64,000 nt of DNA from an uncultured cyanobacterium (GCA_963703315.1 OY969811.1:3936001-4000000), one strand, 5' to 3'. Counted from the first letter of the stretch, positions 17,370-28,570 are shown. Notes: generated from the letters alone by a model not told the origin. Numbers and translations are program-made.

Positions 17370-19436
17370 ATGGAAATAACATCTTTAGATGCAAATCCAC
17401 TAGATACAAGTACGGATTCAGGTGCAGATTCAAGTCAACCTGCGAGTTTGAGCATTAATCGCTTGAATGTAGTTACTGACGACCCTGTACAAATTCCAGA
17501 TTCCGCGCCCAGCTTTTTGACAGAAGGGTTAGCAGGATTAAAACTTTCCCATACTAAGCAAAAAGGTGATTGCTTATACCTGTATAGTCAAGACCGCGAA
17601 TTTAACTGTGCCACCAAGATTTTAGAGGCGATCGCCCCAAGCACTCAGGATCTCGAAAGTTCAGTGTTATTCGCCGAAGGAATTCGTCGTCTTAAATTAC
17701 ATGGAAGCTTGTGGGCATTAGGACTAGACCTACCGATCGCAGATTCGGCGATCGTTGCCGCCGATATTATTGCGACATTGCTTACCAACTTCCAGCAAGA
17801 TCCTCGCCTTATCCCCAAATTTGCTCAAACTAAGCTCAAGTTGTTGTTGCAAAATAATTGCCTCAATTTGCTATGTGAGACGCGCACGCCGATCTTGCAA
17901 GCAGAGATGGTGTTGCCAATGTTAGACACTTTACGCAATGTCGAGGCGGCGGAATATTTTCAATCGGTGACAGTCTCGAATCGGGTGATCGGGGAGAAGA
18001 AGCCTAGCTGGTCATTTGAAATTGATTTGCTAGCGATCATTGGCTCTCAAAATCCTCAGTCTGAGCTATTGGAGTTGGATGATCAGCAGGACGATATCAT
18101 TCTGAGTGAAGAGGATGGAGAGCCGAGTTCTTGGCAAAAACTAGGGACATTTTTGAGCGATCGCCTCGCACCTTTGCGATTTTTAATAGATCTGAAGTGG
18201 TTGGGACAGACTACACCACAAATGCTCTCTTTGCCTGCTTGTGTGGCTAGCTTGGTAGTTGGGATTGGCACAACAATCGCCATTGATCGTACCCTCAGTC
18301 ATTTGGCACAGCCCAATGAAACGACGAAGTTTGTCATTGCTGATCCCAAAATTAATCTGTCCCCTAATCTGGCAGAAAATGCTTCGGCAAAAGTGATCAC
18401 TAATAAACCTGCTCTTAATTTTAATATTGCTCTACTTAATGAGAAATTGTCCCTGATCGATTGGCAGACTACTAAGAAACAGCGATCGCCTGATGTTTTG
18501 GTTGTCGGTAGTTCTAGGGCATTACGAGGAGTGGAGCCTAGTACCCTTGAGAGAGCCTTAATCAACAAAGGTTACAAAGACATTAGCGTGTTTAATCTTG
18601 GTCTTGATGGCGCAACCGCAAAAGTAGTCAATCTCCAACTTACGCAGATTCTGTCACGTCCTCAACTGCCGAAGATGATTGTTTGGGCGGATGGACTACG
18701 CGCTTTTAATAGCAACCGCAATGATCTTACCTATGAGGAAATCACTGCTTCTACTGGCTACAAACAGTTGCAAGAGGATCTCAAAAATAAGGATACTAAT
18801 CCTAGTGATGCAATACCGACTCAAACCGCGATCGCTGATAAATCTCCCAATCCGATCGCCCAATCCTTTGATCTGTTGTTCACGACCTTTTCTAAACGTC
18901 AAGAAATTCGGACTTCATTAGTTAAAAAATTTGAGCGCGATACCCATTTGCTCAGCAATAGTGAAGCCCTGATTGCGGCGACAATGCCAAATACAGTTAC
19001 GGCTCTCGATTCCAAAGGCTTTGTTGCCTTCGATGTCACTTTTGATCCTAATACCTATTTCCAAAAGTATCCCCAAGTTCCAGGGGACTACGATCTGGAC
19101 TATCGTAACTTTGAGACTACTGGTTCACAATTTGATGCTTTTGCCAATGTCGTAGACTTTTGCCGCCGTAATAATATTGAGCTTGTCGTAGTGAATATGC
19201 CCTTACATACCTCTTATCTGGATGGGATTCGCACTCGCTATGAAGCTAGTTTTAATGGCAGGATGCAGGAGCTTGCCTTGCGCGAAGGTTTTACCTATCT
19301 AGATCTATCTCAAGCAATTCTCAATCAAGCTGACCTTTTTTCTGATCCGAGCCATTTAAATCAAAAAGGGGCGATCGCCATTTCCCAACTTCTTGCCCAA
19401 AATCCTAAAATCCCTTGGCAAAAGCTCAAAAGATAA
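17370..19436 (+). CDS. DUF1574/SGNH-like domain membrane-anchored protein
   Basis: DVLVVGSSR, FNLGLDGAT and FSDPSHLNQKGA are SGNH-like blocks, following a TM segment. Confidence 0.75.
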   Translation: MEITSLDANPLDTSTDSGADSSQPASLSINRLNVVTDDPVQIPDSAPSFLTEGLAGLKLSHTKQKGDCLYLYSQDREFNCATKILEAIAPSTQDLESSVLFAEGIRRLKLHGSLWALGLDLPIADSAIVAADIIATLLTNFQQDPRLIPKFAQTKLKLLLQNNCLNLLCETRTPILQAEMVLPMLDTLRNVEAAEYFQSVTVSNRVIGEKKPSWSFEIDLLAIIGSQNPQSELLELDDQQDDIILSEEDGEPSSWQKLGTFLSDRLAPLRFLIDLKWLGQTTPQMLSLPACVASLVVGIGTTIAIDRTLSHLAQPNETTKFVIADPKINLSPNLAENASAKVITNKPALNFNIALLNEKLSLIDWQTTKKQRSPDVLVVGSSRALRGVEPSTLERALINKGYKDISVFNLGLDGATAKVVNLQLTQILSRPQLPKMIVWADGLRAFNSNRNDLTYEEITASTGYKQLQEDLKNKDTNPSDAIPTQTAIADKSPNPIAQSFDLLFTTFSKRQEIRTSLVKKFERDTHLLSNSEALIAATMPNTVTALDSKGFVAFDVTFDPNTYFQKYPQVPGDYDLDYRNFETTGSQFDAFANVVDFCRRNNIELVVVNMPLHTSYLDGIRTRYEASFNGRMQELALREGFTYLDLSQAILNQADLFSDPSHLNQKGAIAISQLLAQNPKIPWQKLKR

Positions 19437-19447
19437 GTGGTTATCGC

Positions 19448-21745
19448 TCACAAGCCATTGCCGATCGCAAAAAATGCTGACCAGTAGAAAGGATGACTGT
19501 GATTTGACGATTTAATTAGAGAAACTTGGGCTTTGTGTAATGCTTCAGCAGCAGGAACATCACCTTTTTGGAATTCGCGATAAAATGCTGCCATGAGAGC
19601 TTGTGTACCTGCGTCATCGACGATCCAGAGAGAGGCGATCGCTTGTTTTGCGCCAGCCTTTTGCACTTGATAGCCAAAGCCTAAGATTTCTACACCACTG
19701 CCGAGTTTTCCTACTCCTGTCTGACAGGCACTCAAGATAATCAAATCGATATTGGGAATTTGCCAATCGGTGATTTCACCTAGACGAATTTTGTCGCCAT
19801 TGCCGAAGATGATGAAGGAGTTATCTGGCGCACCTGTGTTGAATTCGGCATGGGTGGCGAGATGGAGAATATTATGATTCTTGAATTTGGATTCAATGGC
19901 TTTACGGCTAAATTGATCTTCGATGAGGGTGACTGAGTTTTGAAATGAGTTAGCGATCGCTTGAACTTCTTTAACGGTTGCGGGTAGGGCTGTTTGTCCA
20001 AATTTGCGATCGCCAGCTTTACCGCCAAAGGCTCCTGCGAGGATCTTGGGTGTATTTTTGGGTTGTGGTGAAAAATCTGACAGGGTATAGGCGATGAGGT
20101 TGCTAATCTGGTATTTCTCCGCTAGCCATTGTTTGCCGTCATAGAGTGCGGCGATGGGAATATAGCGCAAGATACCATCGGGTGCATAGAGGATCGTTTT
20201 GGCGTTGAATTGAATGAGTTCGGCTTCGATGGGTTTAATCAGGAGGTTATAGAGTTGTATTGATGGCTCTTTGAAATCTTCGGAACTAGCATCAAGAAGT
20301 CCCGCCTTAAAATCATTAATTAAGGTTGCTAGTTGGTCTTTGGAGATTTTGGTGGTGCGGCGGATGGGGAGGTTATTGGGGGCAAAGAGGATGATTTCGA
20401 GGCGATCGCCTAAAATGAATGGATAGAGTAAGACGGTTCCCCTTGGGATTTGGTTGAGATAGTCGGGAACTTTGTTGATTTCGGTTTGGGGAAGTTGTTG
20501 GATTTGATTGGCAAGTTGATTGTTGATGTCTTGGCTATTGTCAGGGCTAACAGCTAACAGCTTATCGTTAATAGCCTTCTCTGGTGCTAAAAGCCTAACT
20601 CCCTGTGCGGATCTGTCGCTGCCTTTGATGTTTTTGAGATAGTCTTCGAGTTCTTGGACTTTGAGGAGGTCGAGAACTTGCAGGGCTTCGATGATGCGGT
20701 CTTGTTGGAGGAGGATATCTGCAAGTTCGCGATAGGTCTTTTCAACGGTGGCTAAATAGGACTGTTGGAGGTCTTTATCAAGTTTTTTGACATCTTTACG
20801 AATCGCTTCGCGGACATTGATCGATTGTTTGTAAAAGAAAATGGCGAGTTCGGGTTGCTTAAGGTGGTCAAAAGATTCTCCTAGATTATTGAGCGCAATT
20901 CCCTCACCATGACGATTTTTGATTTCCCTTGCGATCGCTAAATATTGCAGATAGAACTCGATCGCTTTGTCATATTTTTTGAGAGCATGATAAGAGGCTC
21001 CTAGATTTCCCCGTGCTGCTCCTTCACCGTAACGATCCTTGATTTCTTGCGCGATCGCTAAGCTTTGTAGATAGGACTCGATCGCTTTGTCATATTTGCC
21101 GAGGGAATCGTATGCATTCCCCAAATTTACAAGCGAAATTCCCTCGCCGCGACGGTCTTTGCTTTCTCGGAAGATTGCTAAAGCTTGCAGATGAAATTCG
21201 ATCGCTTTGTTATATTTACCAAGAGATTCATAGGCACTTCCCAGATTTCCCAGTGACTTTGCCTCACCGAGACGATCTTTGGTTTCCTTGTCGATTGCTA
21301 AGCTTTGTAGATAGAACTCGATCGCTTTGTCATATTTGCCGAGAAAAAGATAAGTGCTGCCCAGATTTCCCAGCGTAATCCCCTCGCCATTTCTATCTTT
21401 GATTTCTCGTGCGATCGTTAATCTTTGCTGATAGGAATCGATCACTTTGTCATACTGCCCTAAGTAGAAGTATCCAACTCCTAATCCGTTATAAGCGCGA
21501 GCCTCACATTCCCGATCTTTTATTTCGCGACAAATATCAAGAGACATACGTGCGAACTCGATTGCCTTTTGATATTGACTGTCTCGTATCGCTCTAATGC
21601 CTTGGCTATACCGCCAATCTGCTTCTGATGCGCGGGCTTGAGTTGTTTCTGCTTGAACTGTCATCAAAGCCAAATCAGGCGGCGACCCCACGCCCAAAAT
21701 CCCAGTCAAAGCCACAAACGTCAACGCATAAAACCGCGAAGCCAT
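19448..21745 (-). CDS. TPR + CHAT (caspase HetF-associated) domain protein
   Basis: 40-aa TPR repeats (LGNLG..Y..LGKYDKAIE) and CHAT motifs LHLATHA, LSACQTG and ASLW. The His/Cys dyad is intact. Confidence 0.93.
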   Translation of the reverse strand: MASRFYALTFVALTGILGVGSPPDLALMTVQAETTQARASEADWRYSQGIRAIRDSQYQKAIEFARMSLDICREIKDRECEARAYNGLGVGYFYLGQYDKVIDSYQQRLTIAREIKDRNGEGITLGNLGSTYLFLGKYDKAIEFYLQSLAIDKETKDRLGEAKSLGNLGSAYESLGKYNKAIEFHLQALAIFRESKDRRGEGISLVNLGNAYDSLGKYDKAIESYLQSLAIAQEIKDRYGEGAARGNLGASYHALKKYDKAIEFYLQYLAIAREIKNRHGEGIALNNLGESFDHLKQPELAIFFYKQSINVREAIRKDVKKLDKDLQQSYLATVEKTYRELADILLQQDRIIEALQVLDLLKVQELEDYLKNIKGSDRSAQGVRLLAPEKAINDKLLAVSPDNSQDINNQLANQIQQLPQTEINKVPDYLNQIPRGTVLLYPFILGDRLEIILFAPNNLPIRRTTKISKDQLATLINDFKAGLLDASSEDFKEPSIQLYNLLIKPIEAELIQFNAKTILYAPDGILRYIPIAALYDGKQWLAEKYQISNLIAYTLSDFSPQPKNTPKILAGAFGGKAGDRKFGQTALPATVKEVQAIANSFQNSVTLIEDQFSRKAIESKFKNHNILHLATHAEFNTGAPDNSFIIFGNGDKIRLGEITDWQIPNIDLIILSACQTGVGKLGSGVEILGFGYQVQKAGAKQAIASLWIVDDAGTQALMAAFYREFQKGDVPAAEALHKAQVSLIKSSNHSHPFYWSAFFAIGNGL

Positions 21746-22148
21746 GACCGATCCTCAAGGAAAAAGTAGAAAGTTAAAAGAAAAAAGTGGGCGGGTTTTG
21801 GTGTTTTCTGGTGCGAATACATCTCAAACTCTGACACTCTGCACAGTCAATATATCACTAAATTTTCTTGCACCTCCATCTCCCCGATTTTTTTAAACAT
21901 TCACCACAGCAAGAGATCCCCGACTTTTTCTTTGCATTCATCAATTATTGGTATGTTGTGGGCGAATCTATAATCAAATTAACCCTGAGCGATCGCACAA
22001 ATTTTTAGCTGATTTTGTAAAAGTATGAAACACTTATGCTATTTTTGCCCAATATAGTGATCCAAACAGCTATGATCGCCTTACATTGCTTTGCGATCGC
22101 AAAGCTTTAACCTCACTTGGGTAATGAACTCTTAGGAAATCTTTGGCT

Positions 22149-24161
22149 ATGAATACATCAGACCAAGCGCCAACCACCGCCGCAAGCAGAAACAAAACCA
22201 AAGCTCTTGCTAAACGGGGAGGTCGAACTCCCTTCGAGAGCAAACTGATTCAAGCAGGACACGCCACCTCAGACCAATTCGATCGCGCTGTCAAAGATAG
22301 CCAAGAACAAAATATCCCATTTCTCAACGTCCTAGAGCAGATTCTGGGGCAGCAGCTCGCTCCAGACATTACCCGTTATTACAAACGCCAACAACTTTTT
22401 GAACTGCGTGTTCTATACGGACTCGAACCAATTGATCCTGATGTCGAAATTGACAAATTTGATATTCCTACCCTCAGTACTTTACTCGACTCCAATATCA
22501 TCCCCATTTCCAGTTGTCGCGATTGCGAGATTTTGCCTCTCATCAAGACTGAAAATAGTATTACCCTTGCCGTAGTTGCGCCTGATAGCTACAAAGTCCA
22601 AAATGAGATTGCTCGCCTACTCAAAAATATCACCGTAGTTAGGCGCGTAATTTCTCGCGAAGATTTTCATCGCACCTTTGACAACATTGTGCAGTTTCAG
22701 GTCAACAAAAGTTCCAAAGGTGAAGGCGCAATCAGCGATGAAGATCTCCAAGTTAAAGATGATGTCTTCGGCGAAGATATCTCTGACAGCGATCAAGGCG
22801 ATGAACTCATGGTCGGTGGGGAGAATTCAGCCCCAATCATTAGTCTTGTCGATAAAATCCTCGTCAAAGCTCTCAAAGAAGGATGTTCCGACATTCACAT
22901 TGAACCACAGGAAAAAGACCTCTGCGTTCGGTTGCGGAAAGACGGTGTATTGCGCGAATACTTCTTCCTTAGCGAAAACAAGCGCTTACCCAAAAACATT
23001 ATCAACGCGGTTATTTCCCGCTTCAAGATTATCTCGAACCTGAACATTGCGGAAAAGCGAGTTCCCCAAGACGGCAAACTGAAGCGCAACTTCCAAGGTC
23101 GCCGCGTGGACTTCCGTGTAAATACTTGCCCCACCCAAAATGGTGAGAAGGTATGTCTACGGATTTTGGATAACTCCAATACCCAGCTTGGTCTGAACAA
23201 ACTGATCAGTGATCCTGAAAGTTTGGAATTAATGCAAAGCTTTGCCAAACGTCCCTTTGGCTTGATTCTCGTTACAGGTCCTACAGGTTCAGGTAAAACC
23301 ACCACTCTGTACTCTACTCTCGCAGAATGTAACGACCCCGGCATCAACATCAGTACGGCAGAAGATCCCGTTGAATATAACTTACCGGGATTGACCCAAT
23401 GCCAAGTGCTACGGGAAAAAGGCATGACCTTTGCCAGCATTCTTCGTGCTTTCCTCCGTCAAGATCCTGATGTAATCCTTGTCGGTGAGACGCGAGATGC
23501 GGAAACTGCCAAAACCGCGATCGAAGCCGCGCTAACGGGTCACTTAGTTCTAACCACCTTACACACCAACGACGCACCTAGCAGCATTGCCCGCCTTGAA
23601 GAAATGGGCGTAGAACCATTCATGGCAAGTACTGCAATTATTGGTGTCCTCGCCCAGCGTCTTGTGCGTAAGGTTTGCGACAACTGCCGTATTCCTTATA
23701 ATCCTTCCCAAGAAGAACTCGATCGCTTTGGGTTACCTAGTAGCGACCTCGAAAAGACCTTCTATCGCGCTAACATCGTCAACCGCGAAGCGATGCTCCC
23801 TGGTCAGCGCGTCTGTCCAAAATGTAGCGGCTCTGGCTACAAGGGTCGTGCAGGTGTATACGAGATCATGAAAATGACCGAACGCTTGCAAAGTGCCATT
23901 AACAAAGGTGCGACTACGGAAGTTGTTAAAGAGATCGCTGTCCAAGAAGGGATGAAGACTTTAATGGCTTATGCCTTTGACTTGGTACGTGAAGGAGCCA
24001 CAACCCTAGATGAGGTGCTGCGAGTCGTCTATACCGACAAAGGTCGTGAGGCAGAAGAACGCGCCCGACGTGGTAAAGGGCTGGAATGTGACAACTGTGA
24101 TGCTATGCTCACTCCCGAAACCGTTGAATGTCCATACTGCACCGCACCGAGAACTTTCTAG
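22149..24161 (+). CDS. pilB: Type IV pilus assembly ATPase PilB
   Basis: SDIHIEP, GPTGSGKTT, LRQDPD and TLHTNDA motifs, internal Zn Cys pairs and the cyanobacterial C-terminal CDNC...CPYC extension. Confidence 0.95.
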   Translation: MNTSDQAPTTAASRNKTKALAKRGGRTPFESKLIQAGHATSDQFDRAVKDSQEQNIPFLNVLEQILGQQLAPDITRYYKRQQLFELRVLYGLEPIDPDVEIDKFDIPTLSTLLDSNIIPISSCRDCEILPLIKTENSITLAVVAPDSYKVQNEIARLLKNITVVRRVISREDFHRTFDNIVQFQVNKSSKGEGAISDEDLQVKDDVFGEDISDSDQGDELMVGGENSAPIISLVDKILVKALKEGCSDIHIEPQEKDLCVRLRKDGVLREYFFLSENKRLPKNIINAVISRFKIISNLNIAEKRVPQDGKLKRNFQGRRVDFRVNTCPTQNGEKVCLRILDNSNTQLGLNKLISDPESLELMQSFAKRPFGLILVTGPTGSGKTTTLYSTLAECNDPGINISTAEDPVEYNLPGLTQCQVLREKGMTFASILRAFLRQDPDVILVGETRDAETAKTAIEAALTGHLVLTTLHTNDAPSSIARLEEMGVEPFMASTAIIGVLAQRLVRKVCDNCRIPYNPSQEELDRFGLPSSDLEKTFYRANIVNREAMLPGQRVCPKCSGSGYKGRAGVYEIMKMTERLQSAINKGATTEVVKEIAVQEGMKTLMAYAFDLVREGATTLDEVLRVVYTDKGREAEERARRGKGLECDNCDAMLTPETVECPYCTAPRTF

Positions 24162-24291
24162 ATGAGTATTTGAGACTTGCGCTTAGCGCAAGTCTCAAAT
24201 ACTGGTTTAAATTTTGCGCTTAGCGCAGTTTTTAGAAGCTAAATAGGGAATCATGCACTTAATTAGGATTAGATCAGGAGAATAGCCCGCT

Positions 24292-25452
24292 ATGGTAATG
24301 GATTACATCATTGAAGACTTGATGGAAGAGGTTGTAGAACGCAAGGGTTCTGACCTGCATATTTCCGCAGGGCTTCCCCCTTACATTCGCATCAATGGTC
24401 ACCTCACCCGCACCGATCGCGACCCACTGACACCAGAAGAATGTCAGCGCTTGATTTTTGCGATGTTGAATAATAACCAGCGTAAGGCACTCGAACAAAA
24501 CTGGGAATTAGACTGCTCCTATGGGGTTAAGGGATTAGCCAGATTTAGGGTCAATGTTTATAAAGATCGCGGAACCTACGCCGCTTGCTTGCGGGCGCTA
24601 TCTTCCAAAATTCCTGATATGGACGATCTCAACCTACCGCCAATTGTGCGTGAACTTAGTGAAAAGCCGCGTGGATTAGTGCTAGTCACTGGTCCAACGG
24701 GTTCAGGGAAAACGACAACCTTAGCGGCAATGATCCAAACGATCAACAAAACCCGCGCTGAACATATTCTCACCGTTGAAGATCCGATTGAGTTCGTGTA
24801 TGAATCTGTAAAAAGCGTAATTCACCAGCGTCAAGTGGGTGAAGATACCAAGACCTTTGCGAATGCCCTAAAAGCAGCTTTGCGGGAAGATCCAGATGTA
24901 ATCCTTGTAGGGGAAATGCGGGACTTAGAAACGATTCAGTTAGCCGTATCCGCCGCCGAAACAGGTCACTTGGTATTTGGTACATTGCACACTAGTTCGG
25001 CTTCTCAGACCGTCGATCGCATGGTGGATGTATTTCCGCCAGAGCAGCAGGGACAAATTCGCGTCCAGCTTTCTAACTCCCTTGTCGCTGTATTGAGTCA
25101 AACCCTTGTATCTCGTCATAATCCTCAACCTGGGCAATTTGGACGGGTGATGGCACAGGAAATTATGGTGGTTACACCTGCGATTTCCAACCTGATTCGT
25201 GAAGGTAAAACCGCCCAAATGTATGGCTTTATCCAAACGGGTGGTAAAGAATCGATGCAAACTCTTGAGTCAGTACTCGCGAAGTTATATATGGATGGCG
25301 ATATTACCTTTGAAGCGGCGATGTCGAAGACTTCTCGCCCTGAAGAACTATTGCGCGTAGTTGGTCCCAATCCCCCTCCTGTCATGAAGCGTAAAGCAAC
25401 TGGAGATATTAGATCTCAAGACATGATCAAATCGCGATCAATTAGTGGCTAG
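24292..25452 (+). CDS. pilT: Type IV pilus retraction ATPase PilT
   Basis: GSDLH, GPTGSGKTTT, ALREDPD and AISNLIRE (AIRNLIRE-type) motifs. Confidence 0.95.
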   Translation: MVMDYIIEDLMEEVVERKGSDLHISAGLPPYIRINGHLTRTDRDPLTPEECQRLIFAMLNNNQRKALEQNWELDCSYGVKGLARFRVNVYKDRGTYAACLRALSSKIPDMDDLNLPPIVRELSEKPRGLVLVTGPTGSGKTTTLAAMIQTINKTRAEHILTVEDPIEFVYESVKSVIHQRQVGEDTKTFANALKAALREDPDVILVGEMRDLETIQLAVSAAETGHLVFGTLHTSSASQTVDRMVDVFPPEQQGQIRVQLSNSLVAVLSQTLVSRHNPQPGQFGRVMAQEIMVVTPAISNLIREGKTAQMYGFIQTGGKESMQTLESVLAKLYMDGDITFEAAMSKTSRPEELLRVVGPNPPPVMKRKATGDIRSQDMIKSRSISG

Positions 25453-25508
25453 CCTCAAGTTTCCTACCCGAAATGATGATTAATAGAGATGATTAAAGAG
25501 GTGCAATA

Positions 25509-26717
25509 ATGGCTAAATTTCAGGCAAATCTCAAAGACTCCAAAGGTAAGGCGGTACAGCAGACCATGGTTGCGGCATCTCAGAAAGAAGCCCGTGACAC
25601 TTGGAAACAAAAAGGCTTTTACGTTCAAGACATCAAAGAAGTGAAGGGCGGCTTTGATTTTGCTGCCTTGACGATGAAAAAAGTAACGGTCAAGGACTTA
25701 GCTTTGTTTTCAAGGCAGTTAGCCACCTTGGTCAATGCAGGTGTCTCCATGGTGCGTGGTTTGGGGGTAATGTGCGATCAATGTGCCAACCCTCGATTGA
25801 AAATAGCCCTCACTGAAGTTCTTGATGATGTGCAGCAAGGTACTAACTTTTCAGATGCGCTGCGTAAGCACCCAAAGGTATTTGACAAGTTGTACTGTGC
25901 AATGGTGCAAGCGGGTGAAACAGGTGGTGTACTAGATGATGTTTTGGCACGTCTGGCGACATTACTCGAAGACTCAGCCCGTTTGAATAACCAAATTAAG
26001 TCAGCGATGACCTATCCAATTGTGGTTTCATCGATCGCCGTAATCATCTTCTTAGCGATGTGTATTTTCATCATTCCGACCTTTGATGGTGTATTTAAGA
26101 GCTTGGGTGGTGAACTACCAGCATTTACACAAATATTGGTAAATATCAGTAACTTTTTAAAGAGTGAAAAGATATTTATTTTGCCTGCCTTATTCTTTGG
26201 CATTGCATTTACCTACAATCGCATCTACGCAACTCCTGCTGGCAAACTATATTTTGATGGCGTGTTCTTGAAATTGCCTTTGTTTGGTGATCTTGTAATT
26301 AAGACGGCGGTTGCTCGTTTTGCACGGACTTTTGGTTCACTATCCCGTGCAGGTGTACCCATTTTGAGTTCCCTAGAAATTACGGCGGAAACCGCAGGTA
26401 ATCTGGTAATTACGAATGCGATCGACTCAGCGCGAAATGCTGTGAGAGAAGGTGGTCAAATCGCGCCTGCGATGGAAAAGACAGAAGTATTTCCTGTAAT
26501 GGCTTTGCAAATGGTCAGTATTGGCGAAGAAACTGGTGAAATCGATAAGATGTTGATGAAGGTGGCTGACTTTTATGAGAATGAAGTTGAAGAGGCTGTA
26601 AAAGCACTGACAAGTTTGATGGAACCTTTGATGATCGTTGTACTCGGCGGTATGGTCGGTTCGATTATTGTTGGGATGTACTTACCGATCTTCTCGATTA
26701 TGGATAAGATCAAATAA
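25509..26717 (+). CDS. pilC: Type IV pilus platform protein PilC
   Basis: Two T2SSF domains (FSRQLATLVNAG, AGETGG, IGEETG), located after pilT. Confidence 0.95.
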   Translation: MAKFQANLKDSKGKAVQQTMVAASQKEARDTWKQKGFYVQDIKEVKGGFDFAALTMKKVTVKDLALFSRQLATLVNAGVSMVRGLGVMCDQCANPRLKIALTEVLDDVQQGTNFSDALRKHPKVFDKLYCAMVQAGETGGVLDDVLARLATLLEDSARLNNQIKSAMTYPIVVSSIAVIIFLAMCIFIIPTFDGVFKSLGGELPAFTQILVNISNFLKSEKIFILPALFFGIAFTYNRIYATPAGKLYFDGVFLKLPLFGDLVIKTAVARFARTFGSLSRAGVPILSSLEITAETAGNLVITNAIDSARNAVREGGQIAPAMEKTEVFPVMALQMVSIGEETGEIDKMLMKVADFYENEVEEAVKALTSLMEPLMIVVLGGMVGSIIVGMYLPIFSIMDKIK

Positions 26718-26727
26718 GACTCAAATA

Positions 26728-26757
26728 AAAAAAGCCCTGCTACGCAGGGCTTTTTTA
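26728..26757. terminator. Bidirectional terminator between pilC and miaA
   Basis: AAAAAAGCCCTGC-TAC-GCAGGGCTTTTTT between convergent genes. Confidence 0.7.
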
Positions 26758-27666
26758 TAGCAATGCGATCGCCTCTTCCCAACTACTCCCTGATGGCAAC
26801 CAATTAATCGGTAAAGCTCCATTTCCTGAACCACGAAACCATGTACGCTGGCGTTTCGCAAATTGACAGGTGTGAGTAATAGTTAATTCTTCTGCCGTTG
26901 CTAAATCAGTTTTATTGGCTAAATAATCTGACATTTCGCCATAACCTAAAGTTTTTAAAAGCGGTAAGTCCTTTCCATAACGCTTCTGCAAATCACGAAT
27001 TTCATCCAGCCATCCCTGTTCTAACATCTGTTTAGTGCGATCGCCCACTAATTTCCGATAAGCATCGAGATCTACACAGTCCAAACCAATTTGCACAATC
27101 GGGTAACTAGGAGGTTGCTCGTACTGCTGTGCTGACAGTGGTTGACCTGTTACATAAAAAACCTCTAGCGATCGCCAAGTTCTGACTTGATCATTAGCAT
27201 GAATTTTAGTTGCGCCCACAGGATCAACCTGTTGCAAAACTTGATAGCAATAGTTTTGTCCTAGTTCCTCAAATTGCGATCGCAGTTCAGGTTGAGGCGC
27301 GACTCTAGGAATTTTTAGACCTGCCGTAATTGCTTTAATATACAAACCTGAGCCACCAACCAAAATCGGTGTCACCCCCTCTGCATGAAACTTAGCAATT
27401 AAAGTTTGAGCTTGATCTTGATAGTCCGCTAAAGTCAAAGTTTGCTCAGGATCAATAATATCAATCAAATAATGCGGAACTCCTTGACGCTCCTCGACAG
27501 ATGGCTTTGCCGTACCAATATCTAAATAGCGATACACTTGGCGCGAATCCGCACTCAGAATAGGGGCGTTGAGATGTTTAGCAAGGGCGATCGCGAGACT
27601 CGTCTTCCCCGTTGCCGTTGCCCCTAAAATTACAATTAAACCCACGTGCTGCGCGATTGATACCAT
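26755..27666 (-). CDS. miaA: tRNA dimethylallyltransferase
   Basis: GATATGKT, SADSRQVY, DIGTAKP, VGGSGLY and FAKRQRTWF motifs. Confidence 0.96.
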   Translation of the reverse strand: MVSIAQHVGLIVILGATATGKTSLAIALAKHLNAPILSADSRQVYRYLDIGTAKPSVEERQGVPHYLIDIIDPEQTLTLADYQDQAQTLIAKFHAEGVTPILVGGSGLYIKAITAGLKIPRVAPQPELRSQFEELGQNYCYQVLQQVDPVGATKIHANDQVRTWRSLEVFYVTGQPLSAQQYEQPPSYPIVQIGLDCVDLDAYRKLVGDRTKQMLEQGWLDEIRDLQKRYGKDLPLLKTLGYGEMSDYLANKTDLATAEELTITHTCQFAKRQRTWFRGSGNGALPINWLPSGSSWEEAIALL

Positions 27667-27692
27667 ATTTGATTCCGAGTCAATTAACTCTA

Positions 27693-27796
27693 TAAGTATC
27701 TAGGCGCAATTAAATATAAAACCCTAAAACCTTTGGCGCACGCTGCGCGTGCGCCAAAGGTTTTGATTCTAGTTTTTAATTATGCCCAGATACTTA
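27693..27796. mobile_element. MITE-like element, TAAGTA...TACTTA family
   Basis: Terminal inverted repeats TAAGTATCT / AGATACTTA and a central GC hairpin; about 104 bp, like the copies at 30995-31095 and 62389-62492. Confidence 0.65.
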
Positions 27797-28105
27797 GCCA
27801 CAATTAAAAGTTAACATAACGTTACTTACTTGAAGAGGGTTTCTCATATTTATTTTAATACCCTAAAAAGCATATTTACTTACATCAATTGTCCTGAAAA
27901 AGTATTATTAAGCTTTTAGTTGATAAATCCTTAAAGACTTGCTTGAAAAGGATTTTAGTTCTAATTTCTCTTTAAGAATACATGAATTTGTCATCAAGGT
28001 TGTCACTTCTATTTTCTAAGAAGATATAATACAAATGGATGATGACTTAAGTATTAATTAAATCAATAATTAATACATGGCATTCCTCAGGGAGAGGAGG
28101 GCAAA

Positions 28106-28570
28106 ATGAAAACTAAATTAATCGCGGTTTTGGCTATTCTCGGTGGAGTTTGGTGGGCAACTCCTGTAGCAGCTTATGATCCTGCTCAACTTCAGCAACT
28201 TCTCCAAACTAAGCAGTGTGGGGGCTGCGACTTAACTAATGCCAACCTTGCAGGTGTAAATCTCAGTCAAGCGCATTTGATTGGTGCAGCGCTCATGGGC
28301 GCAAACCTTAAAGGTGCGAATCTCACTGGTGCAAACCTTGAAGGTGCGGATCTCACTGGTGCAAAATTGGAAAATGCTAACCTCACTAAAGTGATGGCAA
28401 CTAATGCCATTTTTAATGACAGCAATTTAACAAATGCTAATTTTACTAATGCTTCGTTGTTCCATGCCAATTTACGAAAGGCAAATGTGAATAACACCAT
28501 TTTTAAAAATGCCAAGGTGACTGGTGCTGACTTTACTGGTTCAAATTACAATCTAGCGATCGCTGACTAA
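28106..28570 (+). CDS. Secreted pentapeptide-repeat protein
   Basis: Signal peptide, LLQTKQCGGCDL and ANL/ADL repeats, with a GGAG RBS. Confidence 0.9.
   Translation: MKTKLIAVLAILGGVWWATPVAAYDPAQLQQLLQTKQCGGCDLTNANLAGVNLSQAHLIGAALMGANLKGANLTGANLEGADLTGAKLENANLTKVMATNAIFNDSNLTNANFTNASLFHANLRKANVNNTIFKNAKVTGADFTGSNYNLAIAD

Noticed and set aside
20870..21480. Diversity-generating retroelement TR/VR pair in the TPR repeats
   Set aside because: Ordinary 120-bp coding tandem repeats; no reverse transcriptase and no evident adenine-specific variation.
27988..28005. TTGTCA direct repeat as an OmpR/PhoB box
   Set aside because: Spacing is 12 rather than 11 bp with only two copies; too weak to call.
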